From an uncultured Acidimicrobiales bacterium (GTDB taxonomy: Bacteria > Actinomycetota > Acidimicrobiia > Acidimicrobiales > SZUA-35), in the NCBI GenBank assembly GCA_963803875.1, contig CAWDOA010000010.1, forward strand, positions 57-64,056: a DNA stretch of 64,000 nucleotides. The letters run 5' to 3'. Shown piece after piece: positions 20,356 to 30,625 of this stretch. Position numbers and translations under genes: made by a program. The first letter of the stretch is position 1. Every line of letters begins with the position of its first letter. The notes beneath the pieces are model-generated. The model did no database searches. It saw only the letters and a list, made by a program, of their open reading frames with translations, and had not been told where the DNA came from.

Positions 20356-21372
20356 TCATCTCCTCGCGGCTAGAGGCAGTGCGGTCGTGAGCGCACCGGC
20401 TTCGAGGCCGAGTAGCTCGGCGTCCTCACGAGCGAGACGGATTTCGGACTCACCGCTGATTTCGATGCCGGTGCGCAATGCAACGAACCTCGCTACCGAC
20501 GGTACCGACACAAGCGCGTCGGTGTGACCTGCTCGGTCGATGACTGCGCGGCCGTGAACTCGATGGCGGCTGGTCCAGGTTTCGGTGATTTCGGCCGCGA
20601 CGGTTGGACCGCCATCGATCGGGTCGTACATACCATTGGAACGCAAGCCTTCTTCCATCAGCATTCGGAACGCCGGCAGCGACGCAGAATTGACCAGTCC
20701 AAGTGAGTCGAGATCGGTCGGCGTCAGTGGAAGAACCAGGTCGGTGAGTTGCTTCAGCTGTTCGGGCCCGGCGGCCAGCACCTTCTCTGCTTCAACCGAG
20801 TTGGCCCACGGTACGAAACGGGCACCGAAGCACTGCCAGAACGGAGCAAGCCCGTCAGGATCGAAACGGCCGCGTATATGGGCAGCGACGGTCGTCGGGG
20901 TCTGACTTCGCACGAGATGAAGAAACAGCAAACGGCCCCGAGACAACAGCGTTCCGAGGCGCCGACTTCGGCCCGCTGGGCCCACAAAGATGGAGTTCAG
21001 TTCGGTTCGAGTCCACGGATCTGAGCTACTGCGCATCGTGAGTCCCAGGCCGTCGAGACTGGTGGTCACCTGCACGGCGAGGTTTGGCACGCCCTGTTTG
21101 AATGTAATTCCGGAGGTCCCGAGGACCTCGCCGGTGGAAACATCGATCGCCACCATCAGAAGATGGGCGTGATTCCCGCTTCTCAACTCGAACTCGCCGG
21201 TCGCCAGCTCGGCCAGAGTTTGGGCCGAGTGTTTGACGAGTTCGGCGGTGCCCTCGTAGGTACTCGGGAGGGACGTCATTCCCACGATGTCCCGGGAACC
21301 AGCTTCCAGGAGCGCCCAGAGCGACTCGACGTCGACCGCCCGTGCCGGTCGCAAGACGACTCCACGACTCAC
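20356..21372 (-). CDS. astA: Arginine N-succinyltransferase
   Basis: 338-aa ORF. The AstA-family layout was recognised by eye (LRPARAVDVESLWAL..., TELNSIFVGPAGR, FWQCFGARF). Its position in the AST cluster supports the call. Confidence 0.75.
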   Translation of the reverse strand: MSRGVVLRPARAVDVESLWALLEAGSRDIVGMTSLPSTYEGTAELVKHSAQTLAELATGEFELRSGNHAHLLMVAIDVSTGEVLGTSGITFKQGVPNLAVQVTTSLDGLGLTMRSSSDPWTRTELNSIFVGPAGRSRRLGTLLSRGRLLFLHLVRSQTPTTVAAHIRGRFDPDGLAPFWQCFGARFVPWANSVEAEKVLAAGPEQLKQLTDLVLPLTPTDLDSLGLVNSASLPAFRMLMEEGLRSNGMYDPIDGGPTVAAEITETWTSRHRVHGRAVIDRAGHTDALVSVPSVARFVALRTGIEISGESEIRLAREDAELLGLEAGALTTALPLAARR

Positions 21373-22542
21373 GACGTCAGCCGCTGGATCAGGTCAGTCA
21401 CCAGCGAGACCCGTTCGGGAATGCTGTCGATCTCGGCGAATTCATCGGCACTGTGGATGGCTCCGCCCCGGATCCCGAGACTGTCGATATTGGCCAGTCC
21501 GGCGGCAGCAAGATCATTGCCATCACAGCATCCTCCGGTGTCCTCGATTGGCACGTCCAACCCAAGGTCGGTGGCAGAGGCTTCAAGAGTGCCCAGCATG
21601 TGCTCGAGCGCAGCGGTTCGGGGCTTGGGCGGGCGAGTTGGACCCCACACCAACTCAACCGAAAGGGGGCAGTCGGCAACTGCCGTTTCGAAGCTTTCGA
21701 TGACCAGCCGCTGATGTTCAGCGGCTTCGACCCGCATATTGAAGCTCCCGACCGCCAGATCGGGAACGACGTTGAGAGGACCCCCACCCGCAATTCGCCC
21801 GCAGTTGACGGTCACGCCGTCGTGCACGTTGAGTGATTCGAGCCGCACGATCAACTGCGACAGAGCAAGAATCGCCGATCGACCCTCATGATGGGCCCTT
21901 CCCGCATGAGCGGCCAAACCGTGAACGACGAGGTGCCCCGTTACCGATCCCTTTCTGGCTCCCGCAACTCCTCCGGACGGCAGCGCTGGTTCGAACCCCA
22001 GGCCCACAGTTGCACGGGCAGCCGCATCGGCAAACAGCGCCTTTGAACCAGACGAACCGACTTCTTCATCAGGCACGACGAGGAACTCCCATCCCACGGT
22101 GTCAGCCAGATCGACTCTGTTCCACCTGCCGGAGTACCTCCATGGCGATCACGAGGCCACCCTTACAATCGGCGACGCCGGGCCCGCGGAGGCGGCGACC
22201 GTCGACCCATACGCTCTGGAAGCTGTGATCCTCGGGGAACACGGTGTCGAGGTGGCCGAATAGACAGATCCGAAACGGAGCATCCTGTCGCTTTCTCGCC
22301 CGAATCGCTGATCCGACGGTTCGGCCGCGTTCGACCCCGAACGGGTCGAGTTCGGGTGTCGGATCGACGAGCACCGCTTCGAGCGAATCGGGTGTGAGAA
22401 TCGAGATGTAGTCAGCGAGACGTTCGCCAACTCTGTCGACCCCCTCTGGATTGAACGAACCCGAGTTGATCTCCGCCAGAGAAACCACACGGTCAACAAG
22501 TTGGTCGAGGCCCTGCTCGACATCGATTCGTACCTCGTTCAT
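21369..22542 (-). pseudogene. M20-family (ArgE/DapE-like) metallohydrolase, one frameshift at about 22100
   Basis: GHLDTVFP, VADCKGG and PDEEVGSSGS are present. The two halves (22542-22102 and 22097-21369) join as ...LRQVEQS/VDLADTVGWEFLVVPDEE in adjacent frames. The 4-bp overlap with the astA start suggests co-transcription. Confidence 0.8.
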
Positions 22543-22564
22543 ACCGCAGCCACCTTCGCGACGT

Positions 22565-23260
22565 CTAGACCTTTGTGAAGAGCATCACGGCGCCGCTGGC
22601 GTTGTTCGAACCAAGACCGTCCTCGCTCGCCGCACCGAGATCTCCCTGTGCGTACACCGACACTGAAGTGGTCCGAGCCTCACGAATGAGACCCGACTCC
22701 TCGGCGGACGCCAGCCACTCGGCAAACCCGCCCTCGGTATTGAACAACTCCCCGTTCACCCCGATGGCAAGGAGAGCTCCTGAAGAGCACACCCGTACGA
22801 GCTGATTCAACGCTTCAGGGCCCACGTGCCCGTGGGTGAACGTGCCGGCTGAGATCAGGCCGGGGTAGGTCAGATCGGGAATCTCGACGGTAGTGGTCAG
22901 GTCGGCTTCGAGCAGTCGTGCGTACACAGGCTCGCCATCGATTGCGCGCTTCCGGGCGGCCTGGGCCAGCATCTCCGCCGAAAGATCGAGCCCGTGGACC
23001 TCGGTCACACCTCGCTGCCGCAATGCGACTCCTACCAACCCGGTTCCGCACCCCACATCGAGAACCAGTTCCGATGTTCCGCCAGCCTGGAGATAGACGT
23101 CCGAAATCGTGTTGTGGTAGTCGTACCTGTGCTTTTCGGCGAACGCCACGTCGTACGTATCGGCCCACCGGGCATAGAGATCCCGGTTGTCAGCTGGTGA
23201 CCTCACCGAGTAGGCCTCGGCGAGCTTGACGACTTCGTCCACCGTGCAATGGTCCTCCAC
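22565..23260 (-). CDS. Class I SAM-dependent methyltransferase
   Basis: 231-aa ORF with motif I, VLDVGCGTGLVG. Confidence 0.8.
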   Translation of the reverse strand: MEDHCTVDEVVKLAEAYSVRSPADNRDLYARWADTYDVAFAEKHRYDYHNTISDVYLQAGGTSELVLDVGCGTGLVGVALRQRGVTEVHGLDLSAEMLAQAARKRAIDGEPVYARLLEADLTTTVEIPDLTYPGLISAGTFTHGHVGPEALNQLVRVCSSGALLAIGVNGELFNTEGGFAEWLASAEESGLIREARTTSVSVYAQGDLGAASEDGLGSNNASGAVMLFTKV

Positions 23261-23282
23261 TCATCGCCCAGTTGCAACCGGA

Positions 23283-24209
23283 TCAGGTTGTGGGAGTCCT
23301 GCGAAGAGCAATGCGATCGAAGTCCTTGGCGACCCAAACATTGTCGTGGAACCGAGCGGCCTCTTCCTCGAACGCCTCCGCTCGGGGATACCGGGCCGAG
23401 AAGTGTGTGAGTACCAGCTGTTTTGCACCAGCCTCGGCAGCAAGCCGGCCTGCGTCGGCGGCTGTCATGTGGTGGTAACGATTCGCCAGCTCACGTTCTG
23501 ATTCCAGAAATGTGCTCTCACACACCAGCATGTCGACGCCTTGGGCCAGCGCCACCGCCCCGCTACACGGCCTGGTGTCCATCACGAACGCAAACGTCTG
23601 TCCCGGGACGTGCTGACTGACATCTTCGTATCGGACGGTCCCCTTTGGTCCGACAACCGTCCCCTCCGACTCGAGTCGACCGACAATGGATCCACTGAGG
23701 CCCGCATCGCGCAGGGCGGACCGAATGAAACGCCGCCCGGCTGATTCGCTGATGCGATACCCCTGGACCGCCACCCTGTGATCGAGCGCAGCCACTTCAA
23801 CGGTCAGGTGGCCGATGGCGCCGGCGTGCAGCAACTCCTCCGCGGCGACGACCGGGCGTGCCGCGAGACGGGTTTCCATGGCGCTGGCGGTGCAGGTGCG
23901 GAGCCGCTCGTAGTACTTGTCCCCCGCGGCCGGATAGAAGATCTGGAGCACATCGGGGCACTGATCCAGACCTCGCCGAGCGATGAGCCCGGGAAGGCCG
24001 AGGCAATGATCCCCGTGGAAGTGGGTGAGACACACGGCGTTTCCCCGAGCGATCACAACGCCGGCGATCGTGCACTGGCGCTGAAACCCTTCGCCAGGGT
24101 CGAAGAAGATCAGCTGGTCATCCCACCGCAGTGCGTACCCGTTGTGGTTTCGATGGCGGGTCGGAGCCGCCGAGGATGTCCCCAGCACGACGAACTCGCG
24201 GATACTCAT
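23283..24209 (-). CDS. MBL-fold ribonuclease Z/BN-like hydrolase
   Basis: LTHFHGDHCLGLPG, and a C-terminal VLTHFSARY. The start is taken at MSIREFVVLG. Confidence 0.75.
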   Translation of the reverse strand: MSIREFVVLGTSSAAPTRHRNHNGYALRWDDQLIFFDPGEGFQRQCTIAGVVIARGNAVCLTHFHGDHCLGLPGLIARRGLDQCPDVLQIFYPAAGDKYYERLRTCTASAMETRLAARPVVAAEELLHAGAIGHLTVEVAALDHRVAVQGYRISESAGRRFIRSALRDAGLSGSIVGRLESEGTVVGPKGTVRYEDVSQHVPGQTFAFVMDTRPCSGAVALAQGVDMLVCESTFLESERELANRYHHMTAADAGRLAAEAGAKQLVLTHFSARYPRAEAFEEEAARFHDNVWVAKDFDRIALRRTPTT

Positions 24210-24342
24210 CGCAGGATCACGCGAAGGTCGCTGCGCTGGTGAAAGGAAACGTCGGCCACTCATGTATTCAAGCACTCAGGTGTTCGTTGCGGGCACAACG
24301 GTGGCACCCTTGTGTCCCGCATAACCTGCCGGCCCGTCTTCG

Positions 24343-25501
24343 ATGTCAAAACGCCTCTCCCCCACAGAACTCGCTGCCGCTGCGGTCATGGCCGATCTTG
24401 TGGTCGGCATTGTCGTGATTGCCAAGTTGACCCCGTTTGCTGTACATGACCACGGTGCTGGGCGGGATTCCTTTCGCCGTGCTTGCTCTCCGTCAGCGGC
24501 GGGAGGTGGTTTCCGTTGCATTCTGGATCGCAGTGATCCTCACGTTCCTGCTCGCAGGGTTCTCATCGGCAACCCAGGTTCTGGTCATGGCGGTCTTCGG
24601 CGCGGTCTCAGGTCGGGCCTACCGAGCGGGATGGTCGAAAACCAGGACAGCACTCACCGCCGTCGTTGTTGGATGGACCGTTGTGGCAGCGCTCAGCGTC
24701 GGGGTGCTCGCCCTCTTTCCCGGCTTTCGCCGACTCAATCTCGATGTCGCCGCAACCCAGTGGGAGGGCTCATCTCGTCTGTTGACACGCGGTGGGCTCG
24801 GGCGGCTTGCAGACGCTGCCGATCCAATCGTTGGCTGGTCGATAGAGAACTGGTTCATCGCGTTACCCGCCGCTCAACTGTTCTTCTCTGTCGTTGTCGT
24901 CCTACTGATCGGGAGAATCGGAAGGCCAACGGTCGAACGTGTTGACCGGGCGGTTCGAACCGGATCCGGGCCTCATGTCCCGGACGATCTCGTCGCCTCG
25001 GTCCTCGAGGCCACCGGGCTCACGGTCGTCACCGGACCCAACGGTGCTGGGAAGTCAACGCTGCTTCGAGCTGCGAGTCACGCCCGACCCGAATTGCTCG
25101 GCGCACGAGGCGGAGTGGCGTGGATTGGCCAACGACCCGACAGCCAGATCGTCGGTGCCCGGGTGCGGGATGACCTGGTGTGGGGTCTCGATCCGATTCC
25201 GAGCGCCGAGGCAATTTCCGCCGCGCTGACGTCGGTCGGGCTCGACGGATTCGAGACTCGCGAAACCGACACTCTGTCCGGAGGTGAGCAGCAGCGACTG
25301 GCGGTTGCTGCCGCATTGATGCGGTCGCCCCGACTGCTCCTCTCCGACGAGACCACAGCCATGCTGGATCCGGCTGGTCGCACGGCGTTGCGGGCCACCC
25401 TGAAGAGGGTTGCGAAACAAGGCACGGCTGTGGTTCACGCGTCTCATCTCGACGACGACCTCGACCTCGGAACGGGTCGGATCAGGGTGCGGGGCAGGTG
25501 A
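24343..25501 (+). pseudogene. ECF/ABC transporter protein: N-terminal multi-TM domain fused to an ABC ATPase; possible frameshift near 24435
   Basis: There are about 190 aa of hydrophobic helices. These are followed by Walker A (GPNGAGKST), a Q-loop, the signature LSGGEQQR, Walker B (LLLSDE) and an H-loop (HASH). The TM-like ORF start at 24343 is in another frame than the TTG ORF at 24437. Confidence 0.65.
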
Positions 25502-25511
25502 GGGTTTCCCG

Positions 25512-26159
25512 ATGGTCCAACTAGATCTACGCAGTGTGTCCGTCGTCTATGCAGCGGGAACCCCATGGGAACGGTGTGCGCTCGACGGGGTGAACCTCAC
25601 TGCACGAGCCGGTGACAGGATTCTGATCGTCGGTGAAAACGGATCGGGCAAAAGCACGCTGCTGTCGCTCCTCGCCGGGCTGATTGTGCCGACCAACGGT
25701 TCCTGCTTGCTGGATGGTCTCCCGATCACCGAACAAGCCGGTCGGATCGGCCTGTTGATTCAGAACACTCGGCTCCAACTGCACCGCCCTACGGTTCGTG
25801 AGGAACTCGACGACATGGCGAAGGATCGCTCCGACATCTCCGGGGTGGTTCGACGGCTGGAGATCGGGTCGCTCCTCCACCGCCGGATCGATGAACTCTC
25901 AGGGGGTCAGCAACGGAGGATTGGATTGGCCGGCGCCATCTTGCGCAACGCCGACGTGATTCTGCTCGATGAACCGCTTGCGGGACTCGACCGACGGTCC
26001 GCCCTGGGGCTTGTCGACTCGCTCGAAGCGGTTCGACCGGACTCGATAATGGTGGTGGTCACGCACGACCTCGAGGCCACATCGGCCGTTTTGGAACACG
26101 GCTCGGGTCGGATCCTGCACATACAGGGCGGGCGGGTCGACGAACGGGAGCGGCTGTGA
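25512..26159 (+). CDS. ECF-type ABC transporter ATP-binding protein
   Basis: GENGSGKST, LSGGQQRR, ILLDEPLAGLD and VTHD are present. The gene overlaps the downstream T-component gene. Confidence 0.85.
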   Translation: MVQLDLRSVSVVYAAGTPWERCALDGVNLTARAGDRILIVGENGSGKSTLLSLLAGLIVPTNGSCLLDGLPITEQAGRIGLLIQNTRLQLHRPTVREELDDMAKDRSDISGVVRRLEIGSLLHRRIDELSGGQQRRIGLAGAILRNADVILLDEPLAGLDRRSALGLVDSLEAVRPDSIMVVVTHDLEATSAVLEHGSGRILHIQGGRVDERERL

Positions 26160-26911
26160 GAAACCGTCTGAACCTGCTGCGCTTCGTTGACTCCGATTCG
26201 CCGATCCACCGACTCAATCCTCGAGCAAAGGTGGCTGCCCTGGTCGTGTTGATGGGGGTGTTTTCCTTCGACGCTTCATGGAATGCGGTGGCGCTGATTT
26301 GGGTCCTCGTACTGGTCGGAGCTCGTCTTGCCCGGCTTCCCCGGAGCGTGACGCCTCGACCCCCGAGGATCCTGCTCGTCACACTGGCCGTGACGTGTGG
26401 TCTGGGATGGATCGCGGGTGGTGATCCGTACGGGTTGGGCGGGGTCATCCTGCAACTGCGCCTGTTCGGCTTCACGCTCGGACTGCTGGGTTTGTCGCTA
26501 CTCCTCGGTTGGACGACCCCAACAGCCGATCTGCCCGTGGCTGCATCGTGGCTGTTGACCCCGCTGCGCAAGCTGAGAGTTCCGGTAGACGATATTGCGG
26601 CCGGCCTGGGGCTCGCAGTCCGCGCCCTTCCATTGGTTGCCGAGGAGTTCTCGACCGTGATTGCGATGAACCGGTTCAGGACCAGACAACACAAGGATGT
26701 CGTGGTGCGGGGAATGGACCTGGCGGCCACTGCAACGGTGGCGACCGTGCGGCGGGGCATCGAAATTGGCGAAGCCGTCGAGGCCCGAGGTGGGGTTCCG
26801 ACCGCTGCTCAGATAGCGGCGACACCCAGCTGCCCGAACCGGTGGGGAGCGGGCGAACTGGTGCTGGTTTGCGTCATTGCTGCTGCGATCGCAGCCGTGT
26901 CGGTCTCCTAG
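26156..26911 (+). CDS. Energy-coupling factor transporter transmembrane (T) component, CbiQ/EcfT family
   Basis: 251-aa multi-TM ORF with SPIHRLNPRAK at the N-terminus and an ARG-type motif (AVEARG). Confidence 0.8.
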   Translation: MRNRLNLLRFVDSDSPIHRLNPRAKVAALVVLMGVFSFDASWNAVALIWVLVLVGARLARLPRSVTPRPPRILLVTLAVTCGLGWIAGGDPYGLGGVILQLRLFGFTLGLLGLSLLLGWTTPTADLPVAASWLLTPLRKLRVPVDDIAAGLGLAVRALPLVAEEFSTVIAMNRFRTRQHKDVVVRGMDLAATATVATVRRGIEIGEAVEARGGVPTAAQIAATPSCPNRWGAGELVLVCVIAAAIAAVSVS

Positions 26912-27756
26912 GCCAACTGGGGTAGAACCTCGGTGGCCATCAGCTCCAATTGGGACTGCGGATCGCCGTAGGGCACCAGAATGATGCTGTCGACTTCGGT
27001 TTCCAGCAGCTCGCCGAGGAGATCGGCCACCTGATCCGTGGACTCGCCGATCGCCTCCCATCCCCGAATCATCTCCTCTGAGGGCGGCTGGGGATGTTCG
27101 TTGGAAGGACCACAGAAGAAGCCCACGAAGAGCGTGAGCCGGTGAGGATCGGTGCGGCCAGCCTCGGCTCGGCCGGCGGCAATGATCTCAACCGCCCGAT
27201 CAACGTGTTCAGGACCGTGGCCTTCAGGAATGATCGTGCCCTGGGCGACACGTCCGCTCAGGGCAAGCGTTTTGGGTCCGACTGCGCCGATGAACACCTC
27301 GGGAACCGGGTCGGGAGGAAACTCCAGCTCCCAGCCTGAGATCTTTCGGTAGCGACCCTCGAGCCGGGGATCTCGACCGGCGAGCAGGGCCCGGGTCGCG
27401 ACAGTGGTCTCTTCGAGCAGCGTGAGGGGCGAGTCGACCTTTTCTCCGATGGCGGCCATCCAGCTCTGCACCCCGTGGCCGATCCCGCATCGCAAGCGGC
27501 CCGGATGGATCCGGGCCAAGGTGGCCCATTCCATCGCCAGCGCCATGGGATTCCGAAACGGGCCGGGTGCGATGCCATGACCGACAACACAGTCGTCGGT
27601 GTGGCGTAGCACTTCGGAGAGTTGGCTGATTCCACCGGCAAACGGGAGGTCTTCCACAATCCACAACTCGCCGTACACCGGGGCGAGAGAGGCAGCGTGG
27701 ATGCCGACGTGCTCGGGCGGTACATCTCGCCTGATCATTGCCCCGATTTCGGCCAC
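26908..27756 (-). CDS. Luciferase-like monooxygenase (LLM) family oxidoreductase, possibly F420-dependent
   Basis: The 282-aa ORF has an LLM-like layout recognised by eye. The cofactor assignment is inference only. Confidence 0.6.
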   Translation of the reverse strand: MAEIGAMIRRDVPPEHVGIHAASLAPVYGELWIVEDLPFAGGISQLSEVLRHTDDCVVGHGIAPGPFRNPMALAMEWATLARIHPGRLRCGIGHGVQSWMAAIGEKVDSPLTLLEETTVATRALLAGRDPRLEGRYRKISGWELEFPPDPVPEVFIGAVGPKTLALSGRVAQGTIIPEGHGPEHVDRAVEIIAAGRAEAGRTDPHRLTLFVGFFCGPSNEHPQPPSEEMIRGWEAIGESTDQVADLLGELLETEVDSIILVPYGDPQSQLELMATEVLPQLA

Positions 27757-27775
27757 AACCTCAACCTAACTCCGC

Positions 27776-29524
27776 TCAGAAGAGCAGACGCAGCCAGTTC
27801 GGGGTTTCCGCCGGGTCGATCACATCGTCGATTTCGAAGTGGTCCGCCATACTCAGACCCTTGCCGATCTCGTACATCCTGGCCACCATTTCTTGATATC
27901 TCGCCTCTCGCTCGATGTCGTCGTCGATCGCAGCCAACTCGTCCCGATATCCCAGCTTCACGAACCCCTCGAGGCCCATGCCGCCGAATTCGCTGGTTGG
28001 CCATGCAACGGTGGCAATGGGCTGTTTGAAGCCCCCTCCCGCCATTGCCTGTGCACCCAACCCGTAGCCCTTTCGCGTCACGACGGTGAGGAACGGCACG
28101 GTCAGCGCCGCACCGTCGATGAACAACCCGCCGGCCGCATCGACGAGTCCTGTTCGTTCCACCTCGGGGCCGACCATGAATCCGGGGGTGTCGCAGAAGA
28201 ACGCCACCGGCAGTTGCAACTTCTCGGCCAGCCTGAGCATACGGGCCACCGAACGGGCCGTGTCGGTGTCGATTGCTCCCCCCAGATGGGATGGGTCGCT
28301 CGCTATGACAACAAGCGGGCTGCCTTCGAACCGAGCGAACGCCGTGATTGCGCTCCTCCCGAAGTCGGGGCGTAGCTCGATCACCGAGTCGACGTCGAAC
28401 GCGGCCTGAAGAACCTTTCCCATGTCATAGATCGCTCGCCGGTTCTCCGGCACGAGATGTCGTAGACGTTCCGATTCGTCGCGCTCGGTCCGCTCCCCTC
28501 TCCGCCCTGTCATGGCACCCACGAGGTGTCGAACAGCAGCGATCGCCTCCTTGTCGTCGGAAACCACGATGTCCAGAACTCCGTTTGTCGATTGATCCGA
28601 ACTCGGCCCGATGTCGGTCGGGTCTACGATTCCCAATCCACCCCCTTCGATCATCGCGGGACCGGCCATGCCTACGAAGGAACTGCTGGTGGCGATCCGA
28701 ACATCACACATACCGAAGAGCGCCGCATTGCCCGCAAAGCAGTAGCCGGTGTTGACCCCGATGACCGGAACCGACAGCGCCAACGTGGCGAGCAGTGCGA
28801 ATGCGAGACAGTCGAGTCCGGCGACCGTGACCCCATCGCTTTCCCCGGGGCGACCGCCGCCACCTTCGGCAAACACGATCACCGGCAGGCGCATGCGCTC
28901 GGCCAATTCGAAGAGGCGATCCTTCTTTCGGTGGTTTTGATGGCCCTGGGTACCGGCCAGAACCATGTAGTCGTAGGTGAGGACGACACATCGAACCCCG
29001 GAGACGTCGGCGATGCCGCCCACCAATCCGTCGCCTGGCGTCTTCGAGATCAATTCGTCCTTACCGCGCCGTGATCGCTGGGCAGCAAGCACGAGCGGCC
29101 CGTACTCCACGAACGTTCCCTCATCGGTCAGCGCGGCGATGTATTCCCTCGCAGTCCTTCTGCCGGCCGCATGTCGTTTGTCCACCGCAGCCTGGCGATT
29201 CTCGTCGAGGCCGTACGCACGGCGGTCCAGGACCTCGTGCAGGGATGCCGATTCGGTCGGGTGTAGGTCCCCCACCGATGTGGCCGGGACCGATTGCGAT
29301 CTCTGCACCGTCGCCATCACCTGACCAGCGTCCACCTGCGAGCCGGCTGGCACGTTGCTCGTGAGAACCACACAGTCGAAGGGAGCGAGCACAGGATGCT
29401 CCATCTTCATCGACTCCACGACCACCACCGGATCTCCCTTTTGGATGTGATCACCGACGGAGGGAGACCGAAGAACGGTCCCGATCAAGGGAGAAGTGAG
29501 CTCGGTAGTGCCGGGATCGTCCAC
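27776..29524 (-). CDS. Biotinyl (BCCP) domain fused to an acyl-CoA carboxyltransferase domain
   Basis: The N-terminal about 70 aa carry the biotinylation motif in VVVESMKMEHPV. The remainder is carboxyl-transferase-like (LVGGIADVSGVRCVVLTYDYMVLAGTQG, VIVFAEGGGGR, two CT subdomains). Confidence 0.8.
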   Translation of the reverse strand: MDDPGTTELTSPLIGTVLRSPSVGDHIQKGDPVVVVESMKMEHPVLAPFDCVVLTSNVPAGSQVDAGQVMATVQRSQSVPATSVGDLHPTESASLHEVLDRRAYGLDENRQAAVDKRHAAGRRTAREYIAALTDEGTFVEYGPLVLAAQRSRRGKDELISKTPGDGLVGGIADVSGVRCVVLTYDYMVLAGTQGHQNHRKKDRLFELAERMRLPVIVFAEGGGGRPGESDGVTVAGLDCLAFALLATLALSVPVIGVNTGYCFAGNAALFGMCDVRIATSSSFVGMAGPAMIEGGGLGIVDPTDIGPSSDQSTNGVLDIVVSDDKEAIAAVRHLVGAMTGRRGERTERDESERLRHLVPENRRAIYDMGKVLQAAFDVDSVIELRPDFGRSAITAFARFEGSPLVVIASDPSHLGGAIDTDTARSVARMLRLAEKLQLPVAFFCDTPGFMVGPEVERTGLVDAAGGLFIDGAALTVPFLTVVTRKGYGLGAQAMAGGGFKQPIATVAWPTSEFGGMGLEGFVKLGYRDELAAIDDDIEREARYQEMVARMYEIGKGLSMADHFEIDDVIDPAETPNWLRLLF

Positions 29525-29972
29525 ATCCCATGTTCATCGCCAGCCGTTTCTGACGCAAGACACGATCCCGCAGAGGATTCTCGAGCGGTGAGGGTGCTGG
29601 GTTCGAAACGTGGGAGCGGCTCCCGAGACGACTTAGCGCCGTCGACGGAGTCGCACAGCAGGAACGTTGTGACCCTGGTTGCGGAGCCAGACCATGTAGT
29701 ACGTGCCGACGGCGACTGTGCAGCTGAATCGAACCAACATCATGATGGCCATTCCGTCCCGAGCCGCGATGGCGGTCCACCAGGAACCGATCGCTACAGA
29801 GACGGCCAGGCCAACCAACGCAACAATCGATGCGCTGGTGGCCGGCACGGAACGAGTCCTTCGTCTACTGCCTCCCCACATCACGACACCGACCGTATGG
29901 CATCGGCAGAACACCGCCTAGGGACAATGTCCCCGCCATGAAAGGGCGATTCTTCCCGCCCGCTCATCTACG

Positions 29973-30621
29973 GTGCGAGTGGTGGAAAACGCATCGAAAC
30001 CCAGGGCGATCATCTTCGACCTGGGTGGAGTGATCGTCGAGCTCGGACCGCTCTCGGACATCCTCGGGGACTGGGTCGCATGCCGAGGAGGAGTTTTGGT
30101 TTCGGTGGTTGCACAGCGACGCGGTTCGTGATTTCGAAGGTGGTCGGTGTGATCCCCAGCAGTTCGGAGATCGGCTCGTCGCCGAATTCGGGTTGTCATT
30201 CAGTGGATCAGAACTCGTCGATCGATTCCGTACCTGGCCCAAAGGTCTGTTTCCGGGCGCACAACAACTCCTCACCGAGTTGGGCCAGCAATCCGATCTC
30301 GTGGTGGCCGCACTGAGCAATTCAAACCCTGTGCACTGGTACGAGCAGGAGGACGCCGCACTGATCCGTTCTCTGTTCGAGATGCCATTCCTCAGCTATG
30401 AGTTGAAATTGGTCAAGCCTGATCGTGCCATCTTCGATGCGGTGGCCGGGGCGTTGGACATGGAACCACAGGACATCCTCTATTTCGACGACAACAGAAT
30501 CAATGTGAATGCCGCCATCGCGGCAGGTTGGAACGCAGTCGCTGGCCAAAGGGCCGTCGGATTGCCGTCGTCATCTGGCATCGCTCGGAATCGTGAGGCC
30601 CGACCCACAGGCGTAGCCTGA
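29973..30621 (+). pseudogene. HAD-superfamily hydrolase, one frameshift near 30080
   Basis: Motif I, AIIFDLGGVIVE, lies in one frame. The rest (WLHSDAVRDFEGG..., ALSNSN, KPDRAIF, YFDDNRINV) lies in the 30109 frame. Confidence 0.7.
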
Positions 30622-30625
30622 GGTG

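Noticed and set aside
24210-24342. Riboswitch upstream of the ECF transporter.
   Set aside because: Only a simple hairpin was seen. I could not recognise any TPP, FMN, cobalamin, THF or preQ1 core motif. The question is left open pending an Rfam scan.
29525-29640. tRNA-like string gggttcgaaac.
   Set aside because: There is no complementary T-stem, acceptor stem or anticodon arm around it. It is not a tRNA.
29633-29914. 93-aa minus-strand ORF with two hydrophobic segments, and the 109-aa ORF from 45532 within 45451-45858.
   Set aside because: There are no motifs, no clear ribosome-binding site and no context. They are possibly real small genes, but I cannot support them from sequence alone.
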